A stretch of DNA of 64,000 nucleotides from an uncultured Spirochaetota bacterium (GCA_963745235.1 CAVUXE010000099.1:96001-160000); one strand, 5' to 3'; positions 21,808 to 32,311 are shown, counted from the first letter of the stretch. A program made the numbers and translations. Notes: generated by a model not told the origin, from the sequence alone.

Positions 21808-24253
21808 GTGGCAGAGAAGAAAGGCACGTCGAAGTTCCTGGAGACGCGCTACTTCGGGCTCATCATCGGCGTTTTTGTATTCTGTCTGCTCTTTGCCCTG
21901 AACTTCGGCACCATCCTCATCACGCAGATCGATCAGAAGATGCTGGACTTCAACTTCCGCCTGAAGAACACCGTCACTGCGACCAACGTCCAGGAGGGTG
22001 TCTCGTTCGTCCAGCCCAACCCGAAGATCTCCCCCGACATCCTGATCATCGGGATCGACGACAAAGCCCTTGCGCGGTTCGGCAGATGGCCCTTCCCGCG
22101 CCGGCGGCATGCGGACCTCGTGAACGCCTTCTCCCGTATCAAGAACCAGGCCGACCGCGAGCGCGCGCTGTTTCTTGACGTGTTCTTCATCGAGCCGTCG
22201 GAAACCGCCGAAGACGACGCCCTGCTGGTCTCCTCCATCAAGAACAATGGCCGCGTATTCCTGGAGACGGTCCTCACGCTGGATGAGAACCCGCCGGGAA
22301 CCGCAAAGGAGTTCTTCGGCCGGCAGCAGGCTCTTTACGACAACGCGGGCAAGATCACGAATATCACGGGAGACTGGCTCAAGGTCAGCACGTTCCTCGG
22401 GACTGACTCACCGCTGAAGCCCTACGCAATCGCAACGCACGGGTACGGGCACGCAAACTTCCTTGCAGACCAGGACCAGGTGTACCGCAGGCAGCCCCTG
22501 GTGGCGAAGCTCTCCGAGCTGGAGGAAGAGATCCCCCTGGACCAGCTTACCGTGGACCAGCGCCTGGACAGGGCCAACTTCGAGCGGCTGGCCTGGATCG
22601 ACAAGTCCAACATTTCCCACGATATCCCGTACCCGCTCACCGCCGGGGTGCTGGACAACCTCAAGCGGCAGATGCAGACGAGCGCTCCGCAGAAAGTGGA
22701 GGAGTCCGCGGACGGCAAGACCAGGAAGTCCTTCTACGTGGTTCGCGAGTACCGTGACACCTTCATGCCTTCCATCACGCTTGCCCTTGCCCTCGAATAC
22801 ATGCACAAGACCACGTCTGACGTGGAGGTGGTCCTTGGGAAGTACATCCGCATCCCCAATCCCCAGATGTTCAACCTGGACACGCAGCAATGGGAGCCCT
22901 TCAAGCTCACCGTGCGTCCGGCGCAGTACGACAAGGATGGCAACCTGGTGAAGGATGGCGTCTTCAAGACCCTTCCCGAGCTTCGCATTCCCATCGACGA
23001 AACCGGCGCCATGGCCATCAACTTCATGGGCCCGAGGTCCAGCGCGAACCCGGAGGAGCACCAGACGTTCCCCATACGTTCCTACGCCGGCTACGCGGGA
23101 ACCATCACGTCGCCGGACCCCGCAAAATGGCCTGCCACGAAGAAAGTGGGGAACATGATCCTCATGGTGGGGCCCTTCGCGCAGGGAATGGCGGAGGATG
23201 AGAAGCCGACCCCGTTCGGGCTGATGTACGGCGTGGAGATCCATGCAAATGCGCTCAATACGATTCTCATGAGCAATTTCCTCCAGTTCGCGGAACCGTG
23301 GCTGCAGACGCTGATCCTTTTCGTCATTATCCTGCTCACCGCCCTCATGGTGTCCCGGCTTTCTACAATCTGGTCCCTGGTCATTACCGTCTCGCCTGAT
23401 CCTGGTCTACTTCTTCGTCTACCTCATCGTCTTCGAGCAATACCAGACGGTGTTGAACTTCTTCGGTCCCGCCCTCGGCATCTTCCTCTGTTTCCTTGCG
23501 GTCATTGCGTACCGGACCGTCTTCGAGGAACGGGACAAGAGGCGCATCAGGGACATGTTCGGCAAATACGTCAGCCCGGCGGTCGTTGACGAGATCCTGC
23601 AGGCCCCTCCCGAGCTGGGCGGAGTGGACAAGGAGCTGACGGTCCTTTTCTCGGACATCCGCGGGTTCACCAGCATGTCGGAGCGCATGTCGTCCCAGGA
23701 GCTGGTCAACCACCTCAACCTGTACCTCACCGCAATGACTGACCTGATCCTCGAATACAAGGGCACCCTGGACAAGTACGTCGGAGACGAGATCATGTGC
23801 TTCTGGGGCGCCCCCGCGCCCCAGGAGGACCACGCGCTGCTGGCGTGCAAGTGCGCGCTCAGGCAGATGGAGGTGTTGAAAAGAATGAACGACGCGTGGC
23901 CCCGGGAGAGGCGGATCGACATCGGGATCGGCATCAATACCGGGATCATGACGGTTGGCAACATGGGATCCATCGGACGGATGAACTACACTTTGATGGG
24001 GGACCAGTGCAACCTCGGCGCCCGCCTGGAGGGCACGAACAAGCAGTACGCCACCTCGATCATCGTGAGCGAGTACACGTACGCGCAGGTCAAGGACAAG
24101 GTGGTGGCCCGAGAGCTGGATGTCATCAAGGTAAAGGGCAAGGACAGGCCGGTGGTGATCTACGAGCTGCTGGATGCGATTGACGGCCTGGAGCCTCCCA
24201 CGGGGGACGGCGGTCCGCGGAAGACGGCCGTCAAGGCGGGGGCGGGGGCATAG
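21808..24253 (+). CDS. CHASE2-domain class III adenylate cyclase, +1 indel near 23395
   Basis: CHASE2 motifs IIGIDDKAL..GRWPFPR and MYGVEIHANALNTIL; three TMs; cyclase motifs FSDIRGFT, LDKYVGD and YTLMGDQCNLGARLE (Lys/Thr ATP-specifying residues). Confidence 0.9.
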
Positions 24254-24262
24254 GGAAGGGTA

Positions 24263-24970
24263 GTGCGCTCGCTGAAGACTCTTCTTGCCGCGGCTTTCGT
24301 CATCGTGGAAGTGGGCTGCGGACTGCCAAACCCGTATTTCCTGACCTCCCCCGGAGTAGGAAGCTTTCCCGCGGGACTGAACACCACGTGCACATTCACA
24401 AGCCCCGGCTACGCGGCCGGGTCAAACTTTGTCGGATTCGAGGTGTACTACAAGATAATCAGCTCGAACCCTCCATCGACGAGCGACATCAACCTCGGAG
24501 GGAGCGGCGTCACCGGACCTTATGTCCTGCTGGCCAACGGGTTCTTTCCAATCACGCTGGCAACTGATTCCGCTCCGTTCTCAAGGACAATCCCGCGTCA
24601 TCCAGCCCGCTTCCACCGACATTCCCAACGCCCTCACTGTTACCCTGGATTTTCAACCTCTGACTACTTTTACACGGTTGGGGCAACAAGCACCACACCA
24701 ATCGGAATTGGGAGAGACCTTGCAAATATCTCCCCCGGCAACAGGGAGCAGGTCATTCGTGGTCAATGCCTCGCCGACCCTTAACTATACATCCGCGGAT
24801 ACCGATTTGGGTCCGGTGTCTATACCACCTGCGCCAACAACCACCAAGTCTTCATAATACTGTACGCTTTGAGCTACGGCCTCAACGGAACGACAATCGA
24901 ATATTCCACGCCAGTCTACCTGGGCTTCGTGGGGTCTGACGCCATTTCCTTGATGAAGGGGATTTCCTGA
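24263..24970 (+). CDS. Putative lipoprotein with several indels
   Basis: Lipobox-like EVGC. Reading moves through ORFs 24263 and 24522, then a frame ending ILYALSYG..YSTPVYLG..KGIS* at 24970 (TGATG coupling). Confidence 0.6.
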
Positions 24971-25248
24971 TGTGGTTCTACTATTTCAACGTCGGGCTTA
25001 CGTATGTGACAATCGGAGTTGCCTCAGCGGTGTTCTTTTTCTTCGTGATCAAGAAGCCGGTGCTGGGGAAGCTGTGGGGCGCCATCATCGTAGGGCTGGT
25101 AGGCTCCTTCCTTGGCGGCCTGATCGACCAGATCTTTTCCAAGGTCATCCAGTACCTCTCCGACTTCAACTCGGTGAACGTGTTCTCCGCGCTGACTACG
25201 TCCCTCCTCATGATCTGGCTTCTCTCGAAGGCGAGCTATCCTCGATGA
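24970..25248 (+). CDS. Small membrane protein (GlsB/YeaQ/YmgE-like)
   Basis: Three hydrophobic segments; IIVGLVGSFLGG motif. Confidence 0.7.
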   Translation: MWFYYFNVGLTYVTIGVASAVFFFFVIKKPVLGKLWGAIIVGLVGSFLGGLIDQIFSKVIQYLSDFNSVNVFSALTTSLLMIWLLSKASYPR

Positions 25249-25454
25249 GCCCCGTTACCTCCGACGGAAGCGTCCGCGCCAACATCCACCCGGGCAGCCG
25301 GGTGACAATCGTGCAGAAGCAGGACCAGCGGACAGGCCGGCTTACCGAAGGGGTTGTCCGGGACATCCTGACGAGCTCTCCGACGCACCCTCACGGGATA
25401 AAGGTCAGGCTGGAATCCGGCGAGGTGGGTCGCGTCAAGGAGGTGCTGCCGTGA
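25245..25454 (+). CDS. YwbE family protein (DUF2196)
   Basis: IVQKQDQRTGRLTEGVVRDILT.S..HPHGIKVRLESG.VGRV signature; ATG at 25245. Confidence 0.88.
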   Translation: MSPVTSDGSVRANIHPGSRVTIVQKQDQRTGRLTEGVVRDILTSSPTHPHGIKVRLESGEVGRVKEVLP

Positions 25455-25476
25455 GGAAATGCGAACGCCGCCTCAG

Positions 25477-25821
25477 CTACTGCTCCAGGGCGATATAAGT
25501 CGAATAGGTGAGGTTGCCTGTCGTGCTGTCTGCTGAGAAAATAATTGTATAGCTATATCCCGCCGCAATTGACTGTTGCGCCGGCCACTGGTACCAGATT
25601 CCGTCAATCCCTTTCGTATACAGGTAATAGGAACCCTGGCCAATGGGCGTAAAAGACGTCTGCTGGTTGGGAGTGAGGGGGGTCTCATCGTCCACGGAGC
25701 CTATCTTGATTGCCAGGAAGGTATAGCTGGAGGTACTATTCTCAAAGCTGACCTGCGTCTGGAAAAAGAAATTACAGGAGGCGAGGAACGCGATCATGAT
25801 GGCGAGTGCAATCTTCCCCAT
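25477..25821 (-). CDS. Small lipoprotein
   Basis: MGKIALAIMIAFLASC lipobox; beta-rich 114 aa. Confidence 0.7.
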   Translation of the reverse strand: MGKIALAIMIAFLASCNFFFQTQVSFENSTSSYTFLAIKIGSVDDETPLTPNQQTSFTPIGQGSYYLYTKGIDGIWYQWPAQQSIAAGYSYTIIFSADSTTGNLTYSTYIALEQ

Positions 25822-25851
25822 AGTTGCTGCCGGTTTGCAAAACGATTTTCG

Positions 25852-26800
25852 TTGAAGCCCGGGGGTCTGTCAACCGCCGTTCTTCTGTATCTTGCCGCCA
25901 TTCTGAGCGGCTGCTCGCTGGCCAATCTGCCTGGCGCTGGCGGCCCTGGCTCGACGACTCTGTACGCCGCAACCGCCGCGGGGGTTTCCGCCTCACTCAC
26001 GGGCGGCTCTTCCTGGAAAACAATCGGGTCACTTGCCAACGTCAACAGCGTGGAGGCGGTTTCTTCAGGGACCTACATTTCCGTGTACGCAGCCGCGACC
26101 AGCGGCCTTTCCGTTTCAACTGACGGCACGACATGGTCGGCTTTACAGCGGCCTGGCCGGCCCCGTGTATGATGCAATTGTGTCCGGGTTGACAATCTAC
26201 GCAGCGACAGGAGCAGGTGTCTACTTCTCCGCTTCCCTGGACCCGGGAACCACCTGGACCAGCACGAGCATCCCGGGAAGCGCTTCCGTGGGCATCTTCC
26301 TCGTTGGAACGACCATTTACGCAGCCACGGGCAACGCCGGCCTGTCCGTCTATAATGGGAGCGTGGTCTTCCTACACGACACTAAGGGTCTTCCCAGCGC
26401 CAACGTTGTATGCGTGTTCGACGACGGTACGAATGTCTACGCTGGGACTTCAGACGCGGGGCTGGCGGTGGCCGCGAACACGTCCCTGTCGACGTGGACG
26501 GTCTACAATACAAGCAACACCGGCAACGGCCTCGCCAGCAATGACGTCCAGGGGATCTCTGTTTACAGCGGGCTGATCTACGCCGCCACGGCTGCCGGGC
26601 TCTCCGTCTACAACGGCTCGACGTGGACCACGTACCTTCCCGGAGTCTCTGTCAACAACGTGTACGTCTCCGGATCCTCCCTCTATGCCGCAACTGCTTC
26701 GGGCGTCTGGGTCTCACTCAACGGCGGCACATCGTGGAGCAACGCGACCATCGCCCAGGGTCTGGCGAGCAACACCGTAAGCAGCATTTCCGTGCAGTAG
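25852..26800 (+). CDS. Beta-propeller (Asp-box/Reg_prop-like repeat) lipoprotein, indel near 26148
   Basis: TTG start and lipobox LSGC; about 7 repeats of (I/L/V)YAAT..G(L/V)SV with SxxGGxSW boxes. Confidence 0.75.
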
Positions 26801-26833
26801 GGGTTATATTTCATGCGGACAAGGAGGAAGAAC

Positions 26834-27622
26834 ATGAGGAGACTCGGTCTCGCGGCCTTGCTATTCGTCGTTACACTCCCGGTGATCGCCCAGGGTCTCC
26901 CGAGGGATTCGAAGGACTATCTGAGCTTCCTGCCGCCGGAGGGGCTGGACCGCCTCTTCTCATCCGGCGAGCTCACGAACATTGCCGGCAAGATAGACGA
27001 GCTGCCCCTCTGGCAGAAGAGTCCCTTCGCTGACACCATCAAGGCGGCTCTCCAGGGCTTTGAGAGCACGATTGCCGCGGAGGGCTTCTTCCTGATCGAC
27101 CTCCCTGCCGCGGCCCCTGATGGAATTGACCCCCGGATCTTCAACTCCTTCACGGCTTTCTCCACCCTGAAGGGTCTGCAGGTCTATTCCGTCTCCCAGG
27201 GAAAAATGGAAACCTTCCTGTTCGACGCCTCCCGCGTGGATGAAGCGGACCACACAAAGCGTCTTCAGGATCAGCCCGTCACGGAGGTCCCGGCTCAGTC
27301 GGACTTTGTCGTCTATGAGAAGGAGGAGCAGACCGGCGACTCCTACGCAAAGTTTCACATAGACTTCGACCAGGCAGGCGAAAGCTTTGCCGTCGCGGTG
27401 ACCAACCTCACGAAAATGAACTATCTCTTCTTCACGCTGGTCGATCCGGGCAATCTTCACACCTTCTTCTTTGTGGTGCCCTGCCAGGACAAGATCGTCC
27501 TGTACGGCCTGACCGTGGTGAAAACGGGCCATTTCCTGGGCCTGGAACGGGCGAAGGAAAAGTCCTTCTACTACCGCATGAGGGCTCTTGTTTCGTGGTT
27601 CGCCGCAAATGTCAAACAGTAG
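26834..27622 (+). CDS. Exported spirochaete conserved protein (DUF6675-like)
   Basis: SD AGGAGG and signal peptide MRRLGLAALLFVVTLPVIA; motifs FSTLKGLQVYS and SFYYRMRALVSWF. Confidence 0.65.
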   Translation: MRRLGLAALLFVVTLPVIAQGLPRDSKDYLSFLPPEGLDRLFSSGELTNIAGKIDELPLWQKSPFADTIKAALQGFESTIAAEGFFLIDLPAAAPDGIDPRIFNSFTAFSTLKGLQVYSVSQGKMETFLFDASRVDEADHTKRLQDQPVTEVPAQSDFVVYEKEEQTGDSYAKFHIDFDQAGESFAVAVTNLTKMNYLFFTLVDPGNLHTFFFVVPCQDKIVLYGLTVVKTGHFLGLERAKEKSFYYRMRALVSWFAANVKQ

Positions 27623-27634
27623 GAGTCAAAAGAC

Positions 27635-28513
27635 ATGCTGAGTTATTTTCAGGCCGTCGTCATGGGTCTCCTGCAGGGAGTGAGCGAGCTTTTCCCGATC
27701 TCCAGCCTCGGCCACTCGGTCCTGCTTCCGACCCTGTTCGGCTGGGATAACCTGGTCCGCGCGCAGTCGGACACCGAGTCATTCTTCCTTGCCTTCCTTG
27801 TCGGTCTGCACGTCGCGACGGCCCTGGCGCTGATCATCTTCTACCGGCAGGAGTGGGGCCGGATCGTGGTGGGGTTTTTCACCTCGATCGGAAAGGGGAA
27901 GGCAGACACTCCCGACGAGCGCCTGGCCTGGCTCCTGATTGTGGCGACCATACCGGCAGGACTGGTAGGGGTCATATTCGAGCACTCGCTGCGCACCCTT
28001 TTCGCGAAGCCGCTCTCCGCTTCACTCTTCATGGTCGTGAACGGCGGGGTGCTCTGGTTCGCGGAGCTTCTGAGGCGCCGCCCGGATGCGGCCCGAACTG
28101 ACCGCAGCCTCGCGGCGACGGCCCAGAACCTCAAGATCATGAAGTACCGTGACGCGGGCCTCATTGGCGTGTCACAGATCCTTGCGCTCTTCGCCGGCAT
28201 CAGCCGCTCAGGGATAACAATGATTGGAGGTCTCCTTCGCGGATTGGACCACCAGGACGCCGCGCGCTTTTCGTTCCTCCTTGCAACGCCAATCATCCTG
28301 GCCGCGGGAGTCTACAAGGTGCCTGACCTTCTGGGGCACAACGGAGACGGTGTGCGCGCCCAGGTCCTGGCGGGGAGCATCGCCGCCGGGGTGGCCGCCT
28401 ATCTGGCAGTACGCTTCCTGGACCGGTACTTTCGCACCAGGAGGCTCACGCCATTCGCCATCTATTGCGCCGTTGTCGGAGCCGCCATGGCAGTGAAGCT
28501 GCTTCTGTTTTGA
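27635..28513 (+). CDS. uppP: Undecaprenyl-diphosphate phosphatase
   Basis: GLLQGVSELFPISSLGH, GISRSGITM and AARFSFLLATP motifs. Confidence 0.95.
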   Translation: MLSYFQAVVMGLLQGVSELFPISSLGHSVLLPTLFGWDNLVRAQSDTESFFLAFLVGLHVATALALIIFYRQEWGRIVVGFFTSIGKGKADTPDERLAWLLIVATIPAGLVGVIFEHSLRTLFAKPLSASLFMVVNGGVLWFAELLRRRPDAARTDRSLAATAQNLKIMKYRDAGLIGVSQILALFAGISRSGITMIGGLLRGLDHQDAARFSFLLATPIILAAGVYKVPDLLGHNGDGVRAQVLAGSIAAGVAAYLAVRFLDRYFRTRRLTPFAIYCAVVGAAMAVKLLLF

Positions 28514-28548
28514 GCCGGGCCTGGAGCGCTGCCCGGGTCCGGGCGCAC

Positions 28549-29721
28549 TCAGAAATCAAGAGAGAAGTGAAAGCTTATGGCGAATGACGCGCCGTCCACG
28601 CGGTGGCCATAGAGAGGGAAGGCCAGGTAGGCGGTCACATTCGCCAGGTCGAAGGCGTCCCCGTACACACCGACACCCGTGGAGGCCAGAAAGCCCCCCG
28701 GGGTGTTCGTTGGGTCCCCCACGAAGCCGTTGTAGTAGCCCTGGTCCGTGAAGACATAAAAGCCAGGAAGCGTTGACGGCCAGATCATCGAGGGCCCCTG
28801 GAAGCGGATGTCGAAGTTGTTGACCGCCTTGAAAGTGGTGCCATACGAGCCCGTCTCGAAGCCGCGCACCCAGTCATCCGTGGTTGCCCGGGGAGCCAGC
28901 CCGCCGGTGCTCTCCTGAACGTAGAAGGGGATGGAGCCTCCTCCCGCATAGTCCACGGAAACAAAGTCTCCCACGTAGATGCTGAACAGGTTCCACTCAC
29001 CTGTGGATGGGGCGGCATACAATGTGCGAAACGCCTTGAAGGTTGCATTCAGGCGGTAGAAGTCCGCGTTGCCGATGCCGTTGAAGAGGAAGGAAGGGCC
29101 CCATTGCACGGACGCCTCTCCGTAAAGGCCGTCCCATGTCCTATGGAGGTCATCCTTCACGAGTGTGCTGGCGGAAACTCCGGCGAGCACTGAGCTGCTG
29201 AGGATCTGAGCGCGGTCAGGCGCGGAGGATTGCGAAACAAGGGAGGCAGTCGAGGCGTAGTTCTTATCGTAATGAAGCCTGTAGAAAAGGAAACCCTCCA
29301 GGAGATTTCGATTGCGTTCGTGGTCCCAGAGAATTCCCTGCCTGATCCCAAGGCCATCGACAATCTCCAGTCGATCGAAGGTCACCGCTGACCCGTTTCC
29401 GGAAGGCCCCGAATAAAGGCTGCCATCGGTGTTTCGGTAGTAATTGTCCGTCTCATAGCCGGCGCCGAAATCGTTCTCGACAATCGTGTCGAGCCCCGGC
29501 ACAAGCTTGAAGCCGTTGTAGAGTGCGGAGAAGTCTCCTCCCGTAGGCACGATGCCCCACCAGTACGTGCGCAGGTCGAAGTTGGTAAGCGTGAAGACAC
29601 CCGAGGGCGCTTCCATATCCGGGGTTGCAATCTGCGCCCCGGCGGTCCCTGCAACGGAGAGCATTGCAGCCAGTACGATCGCCGCACACCACGCAAGGTT
29701 TGGAGTTGTCGAGCTTTTCAT
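28549..29721 (-). CDS. Outer-membrane beta-barrel protein, Omp85/BamA-barrel-like, no POTRA
   Basis: Signal peptide, amphipathic beta strands, WVRGF (VRGF lid-like) motif and C-terminal ISFHFSLDF beta-signal. Confidence 0.7.
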   Translation of the reverse strand: MKSSTTPNLAWCAAIVLAAMLSVAGTAGAQIATPDMEAPSGVFTLTNFDLRTYWWGIVPTGGDFSALYNGFKLVPGLDTIVENDFGAGYETDNYYRNTDGSLYSGPSGNGSAVTFDRLEIVDGLGIRQGILWDHERNRNLLEGFLFYRLHYDKNYASTASLVSQSSAPDRAQILSSSVLAGVSASTLVKDDLHRTWDGLYGEASVQWGPSFLFNGIGNADFYRLNATFKAFRTLYAAPSTGEWNLFSIYVGDFVSVDYAGGGSIPFYVQESTGGLAPRATTDDWVRGFETGSYGTTFKAVNNFDIRFQGPSMIWPSTLPGFYVFTDQGYYNGFVGDPTNTPGGFLASTGVGVYGDAFDLANVTAYLAFPLYGHRVDGASFAISFHFSLDF

Positions 29722-29807
29722 GTAGGCACTAATATAACACATGGTCACCGGTTTCTCTGTTGACTACTTTTCCATGATACTCTTGGAACCAGAGAGGGGG
29801 GTGTCCG

Positions 29808-30327
29808 ATGAAATGGCAAAAGGCTCCCGAAGAGCTGAAGGTCCTGCTTGAAAGGGTGATGACGGGGATCGACTGCGAGAAGAGATCGATGTTCGGATAC
29901 CCGGCGTACTTCATCAACCAGAACATGTTCGCCGGCTTGTTTCAAAGCGCGGTCTTCATGAGGCTTTCGCCGGAGCAGCTTTCCACGCTGACGAAGACTT
30001 CACCCATCGATATCTCAGCTTGAGCCCATGCCGGGAAGGCCCATGAAGAACCACTATGCTATTCCCGAGGACCTCTATAGGAACGAGGACGCATTCAGAA
30101 AGGTAGCCGCGGAGGCGGCGGTGCACGCTCACACGCTGGCCCCCAAAGAGAAGTCTGCGGCCAAGAAGGCGCCAGCCGCCAAGAAGAAGGCGGCCCCGAC
30201 GGCTGCCGGCGCGTCTGCCCGGGCGCCAGCCCGTGCGCCTGCAGCTGTGCCCGCCACCAAAAAGTCCCCCGCAAAGAAGGCTGCAGCAGGCAAGTCTTCC
30301 GCAAAGAAGCGCTCCCGGGGCTCATGA
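29808..30327 (+). CDS. TfoX N-terminal domain protein with Lys/Ala-rich tail, indel near 30005
   Basis: EKRSMFGYPAYFINQNMFAGLF..VFMRL continues into (L)EPMPGRPMKNHY; tail AKKAPAAKKKAAP..KKSPAKKAAA. Confidence 0.8.
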
Positions 30328-30536
30328 CAAGCTCCCGCCAGGCTTCGCTCTGACTGCGGACAGCCTCGGCCCGATCCGTCGCGGCCTAGTCGCCTTGTTT
30401 CTTTTTGAGCGCAAATCAATATTCTTATTACTTCCGATAATAGATATTCTGTCTACTTGCAATGACAAGGAGCAAAACAGGCAATGCCGCCAATGCAGGC
30501 CTACCGGCAGACCTCATCAAAATCAGCCTCATGAAA

Positions 30537-31460
30537 TCAGCTTCCTTTGCGAGGCGGCCTGATCAGCCTCTCGGTCCACGGGGCCTTCAGTTGTCGCGCG
30601 GAAAGCGAAGCGTATGTCCCCGCGATTTTCGATGATGCTATGATCTTCCAGATCTGAACTGCGTGCGTCGGAAGTCCCGAGGCGTATGACGAGCCAGCCA
30701 GGTAGTACAGATCAGCAAACAGGCCGCTGGTGGAGACGAACGACGCCAGCTCCTTGTGGCCCTCAACGGCAGCCAGCATGTCGGGCAGCGTCTTGAATTG
30801 GTAGTCGACGTCCATGTCGTGGAGAGCTCCGTTCAGCTCCGCAGTGCGATAGATCAGCGCGTAGAGAAGCTGCTGGACCGATTGCCCGTACCTTCCCGAC
30901 CTGTAGTAGAACAGTCCGAGCCTGGAGTGAGCTGCCTGGGCAAAGGGGACGCTGAACTGATAGAGGAACAGCATGTGATCAATCCCCTTCTCCCGGTAGT
31001 TCTTTTCAACCTGGTTCTTCAGCTTGTCATTTGCTGGGTTAGAGAACATTTTGTCGTCAGCGACTATCTTGAGAAGGGCATCCTCCATCTGGCTGTACAT
31101 TTCACGGCTCTGATACAGGTCAGAAAGCCGGTAAAGAACCTGGTATTGCGTCTCGGGGACGGTAAAGCCACTTCTCAGGTTGTAAGCTTTTTCGTACTGG
31201 TCTCTTGCAAGATCGAATTCCCCTTCTTCGAAGAATACGTCGCCAATGCCAAGCTCCGCTTCGGGAAATATCCCAGCCGACGAAACCGCCTCCTTGTACA
31301 ACTGAAGCGCCTGCCCGAACTCGCGTTGGGCGATCATCGCATTCGCTCTTTCGTAGAGAATCCAATACTCCGGCTTGATTGCCGGTGCCTGCGACCAGGA
31401 GGCGACCGAGTTGCAAGCATAAAGGAGGATCACTAAAAAAACCCGGATAGCCCTGGGCAT
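30537..31460 (-). CDS. Exported TPR protein
   Basis: Signal peptide from ATG 31460; TPRs (FGQALQLYKEA..FPEAELGIGDVFFEEGEFDLARDQYEKA). Confidence 0.78.
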   Translation of the reverse strand: MPRAIRVFLVILLYACNSVASWSQAPAIKPEYWILYERANAMIAQREFGQALQLYKEAVSSAGIFPEAELGIGDVFFEEGEFDLARDQYEKAYNLRSGFTVPETQYQVLYRLSDLYQSREMYSQMEDALLKIVADDKMFSNPANDKLKNQVEKNYREKGIDHMLFLYQFSVPFAQAAHSRLGLFYYRSGRYGQSVQQLLYALIYRTAELNGALHDMDVDYQFKTLPDMLAAVEGHKELASFVSTSGLFADLYYLAGSSYASGLPTHAVQIWKIIASSKIAGTYASLSARQLKAPWTERLIRPPRKGS

Positions 31461-31580
31461 CTGGCTACGACCGCAACCGTCAGAGTGAACCTGGAATAAA
31501 AAAGTGCATATCCTCAGAAAACGCTTCACTATCAATTCTGGCCTCGAGCGCAACCCGCCGAACCTCTCAATCAACCTCCC

Positions 31581-32195
31581 CTACCAGCTCATGGACAGGA
31601 TGACATCGCTCTTTGTCCTGACGAGGTCCTTCACGCTGGTCTTGTAGGTCAAGACTCGTTTGTCCGGCGAAAGGGTCCCAAGGGTGTTCGTCTTTACCGG
31701 CTGCGGCACCTCGATGGTGAACGCGAGGTCGTAGTCTCCAAAGAAAGCATCCACCATGCGCAGCGAGTCCTCTGTGATCGGTTCATGGGGCGCCTTTGCA
31801 ATCAGCTGGGAAAACGAGTGGCCCCCGCCGTCGCTTGAAAGGTGGATCTGGGCGCTTTGAAACGCATCCAGCTTCGCGAGCGCGTCAAGGGAATCAAAGG
31901 CGAGCTCCACCCGTATCGTGACGTCTTTCTGATCCTCCGACCGGTCGAAGGACGTCAGCCGAACCATGCCCTGCGAGCCTGCAACAGATCTCTCGAAGTC
32001 CGCTTTTGCGAGCGGGAGAGGAATGATACCCTTTCCATCCACTGGATTGCCGAGGTTGACGACCAGTTGAGAAACCCGGTAGGTCAAAGCGAGAGTCCCG
32101 GACCCGTCCTGATGGATGGTGAGGCGGCTGCCCACCCCGACGCATGAGCTGAGCAGCACAGCTGCAACGATGCACAGAAAACCGGCCTTCTTCAT
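31581..32195 (-). CDS. Lipoprotein (LppM-like N-terminus)
   Basis: MKKAGFLCIVAAVLLSSC lipobox; LTIHQDGSGTL motif. Confidence 0.75.
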   Translation of the reverse strand: MKKAGFLCIVAAVLLSSCVGVGSRLTIHQDGSGTLALTYRVSQLVVNLGNPVDGKGIIPLPLAKADFERSVAGSQGMVRLTSFDRSEDQKDVTIRVELAFDSLDALAKLDAFQSAQIHLSSDGGGHSFSQLIAKAPHEPITEDSLRMVDAFFGDYDLAFTIEVPQPVKTNTLGTLSPDKRVLTYKTSVKDLVRTKSDVILSMSW

Positions 32196-32213
32196 TTGGG
32201 AATCCTTTGTGGG

Positions 32214-32242
32214 ACTATAGTTGATTCTGGGGCGAATATCCA
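32214..32242 (-). promoter_or_regulatory. sigma70 promoter of the 31581-32195 lipoprotein gene
   Basis: TGGATA-17 bp-TATAGT on the minus strand. Confidence 0.5.
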
Positions 32243-32244
32243 GT

Positions 32245-32302
32245 GCGGGTTGAACGGACGGGCAGCGGTCTGGCGGACAGGGGGCGGTTGGACGGACAGG
32301 GA
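32245..32302. repeat. Three imperfect 19-20 bp direct repeats
   Basis: gcgggttgaacggacgggca / gcggtctggcggacagggg / gcggttggacggacaggga. Confidence 0.65.
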
Positions 32303-32311
32303 GCGCAGCAG

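Noticed and set aside
32245-32302. G-quadruplex from four G-tracts
   Set aside because: Loops of 10 nt or more make it weak; the direct-repeat explanation fits better.
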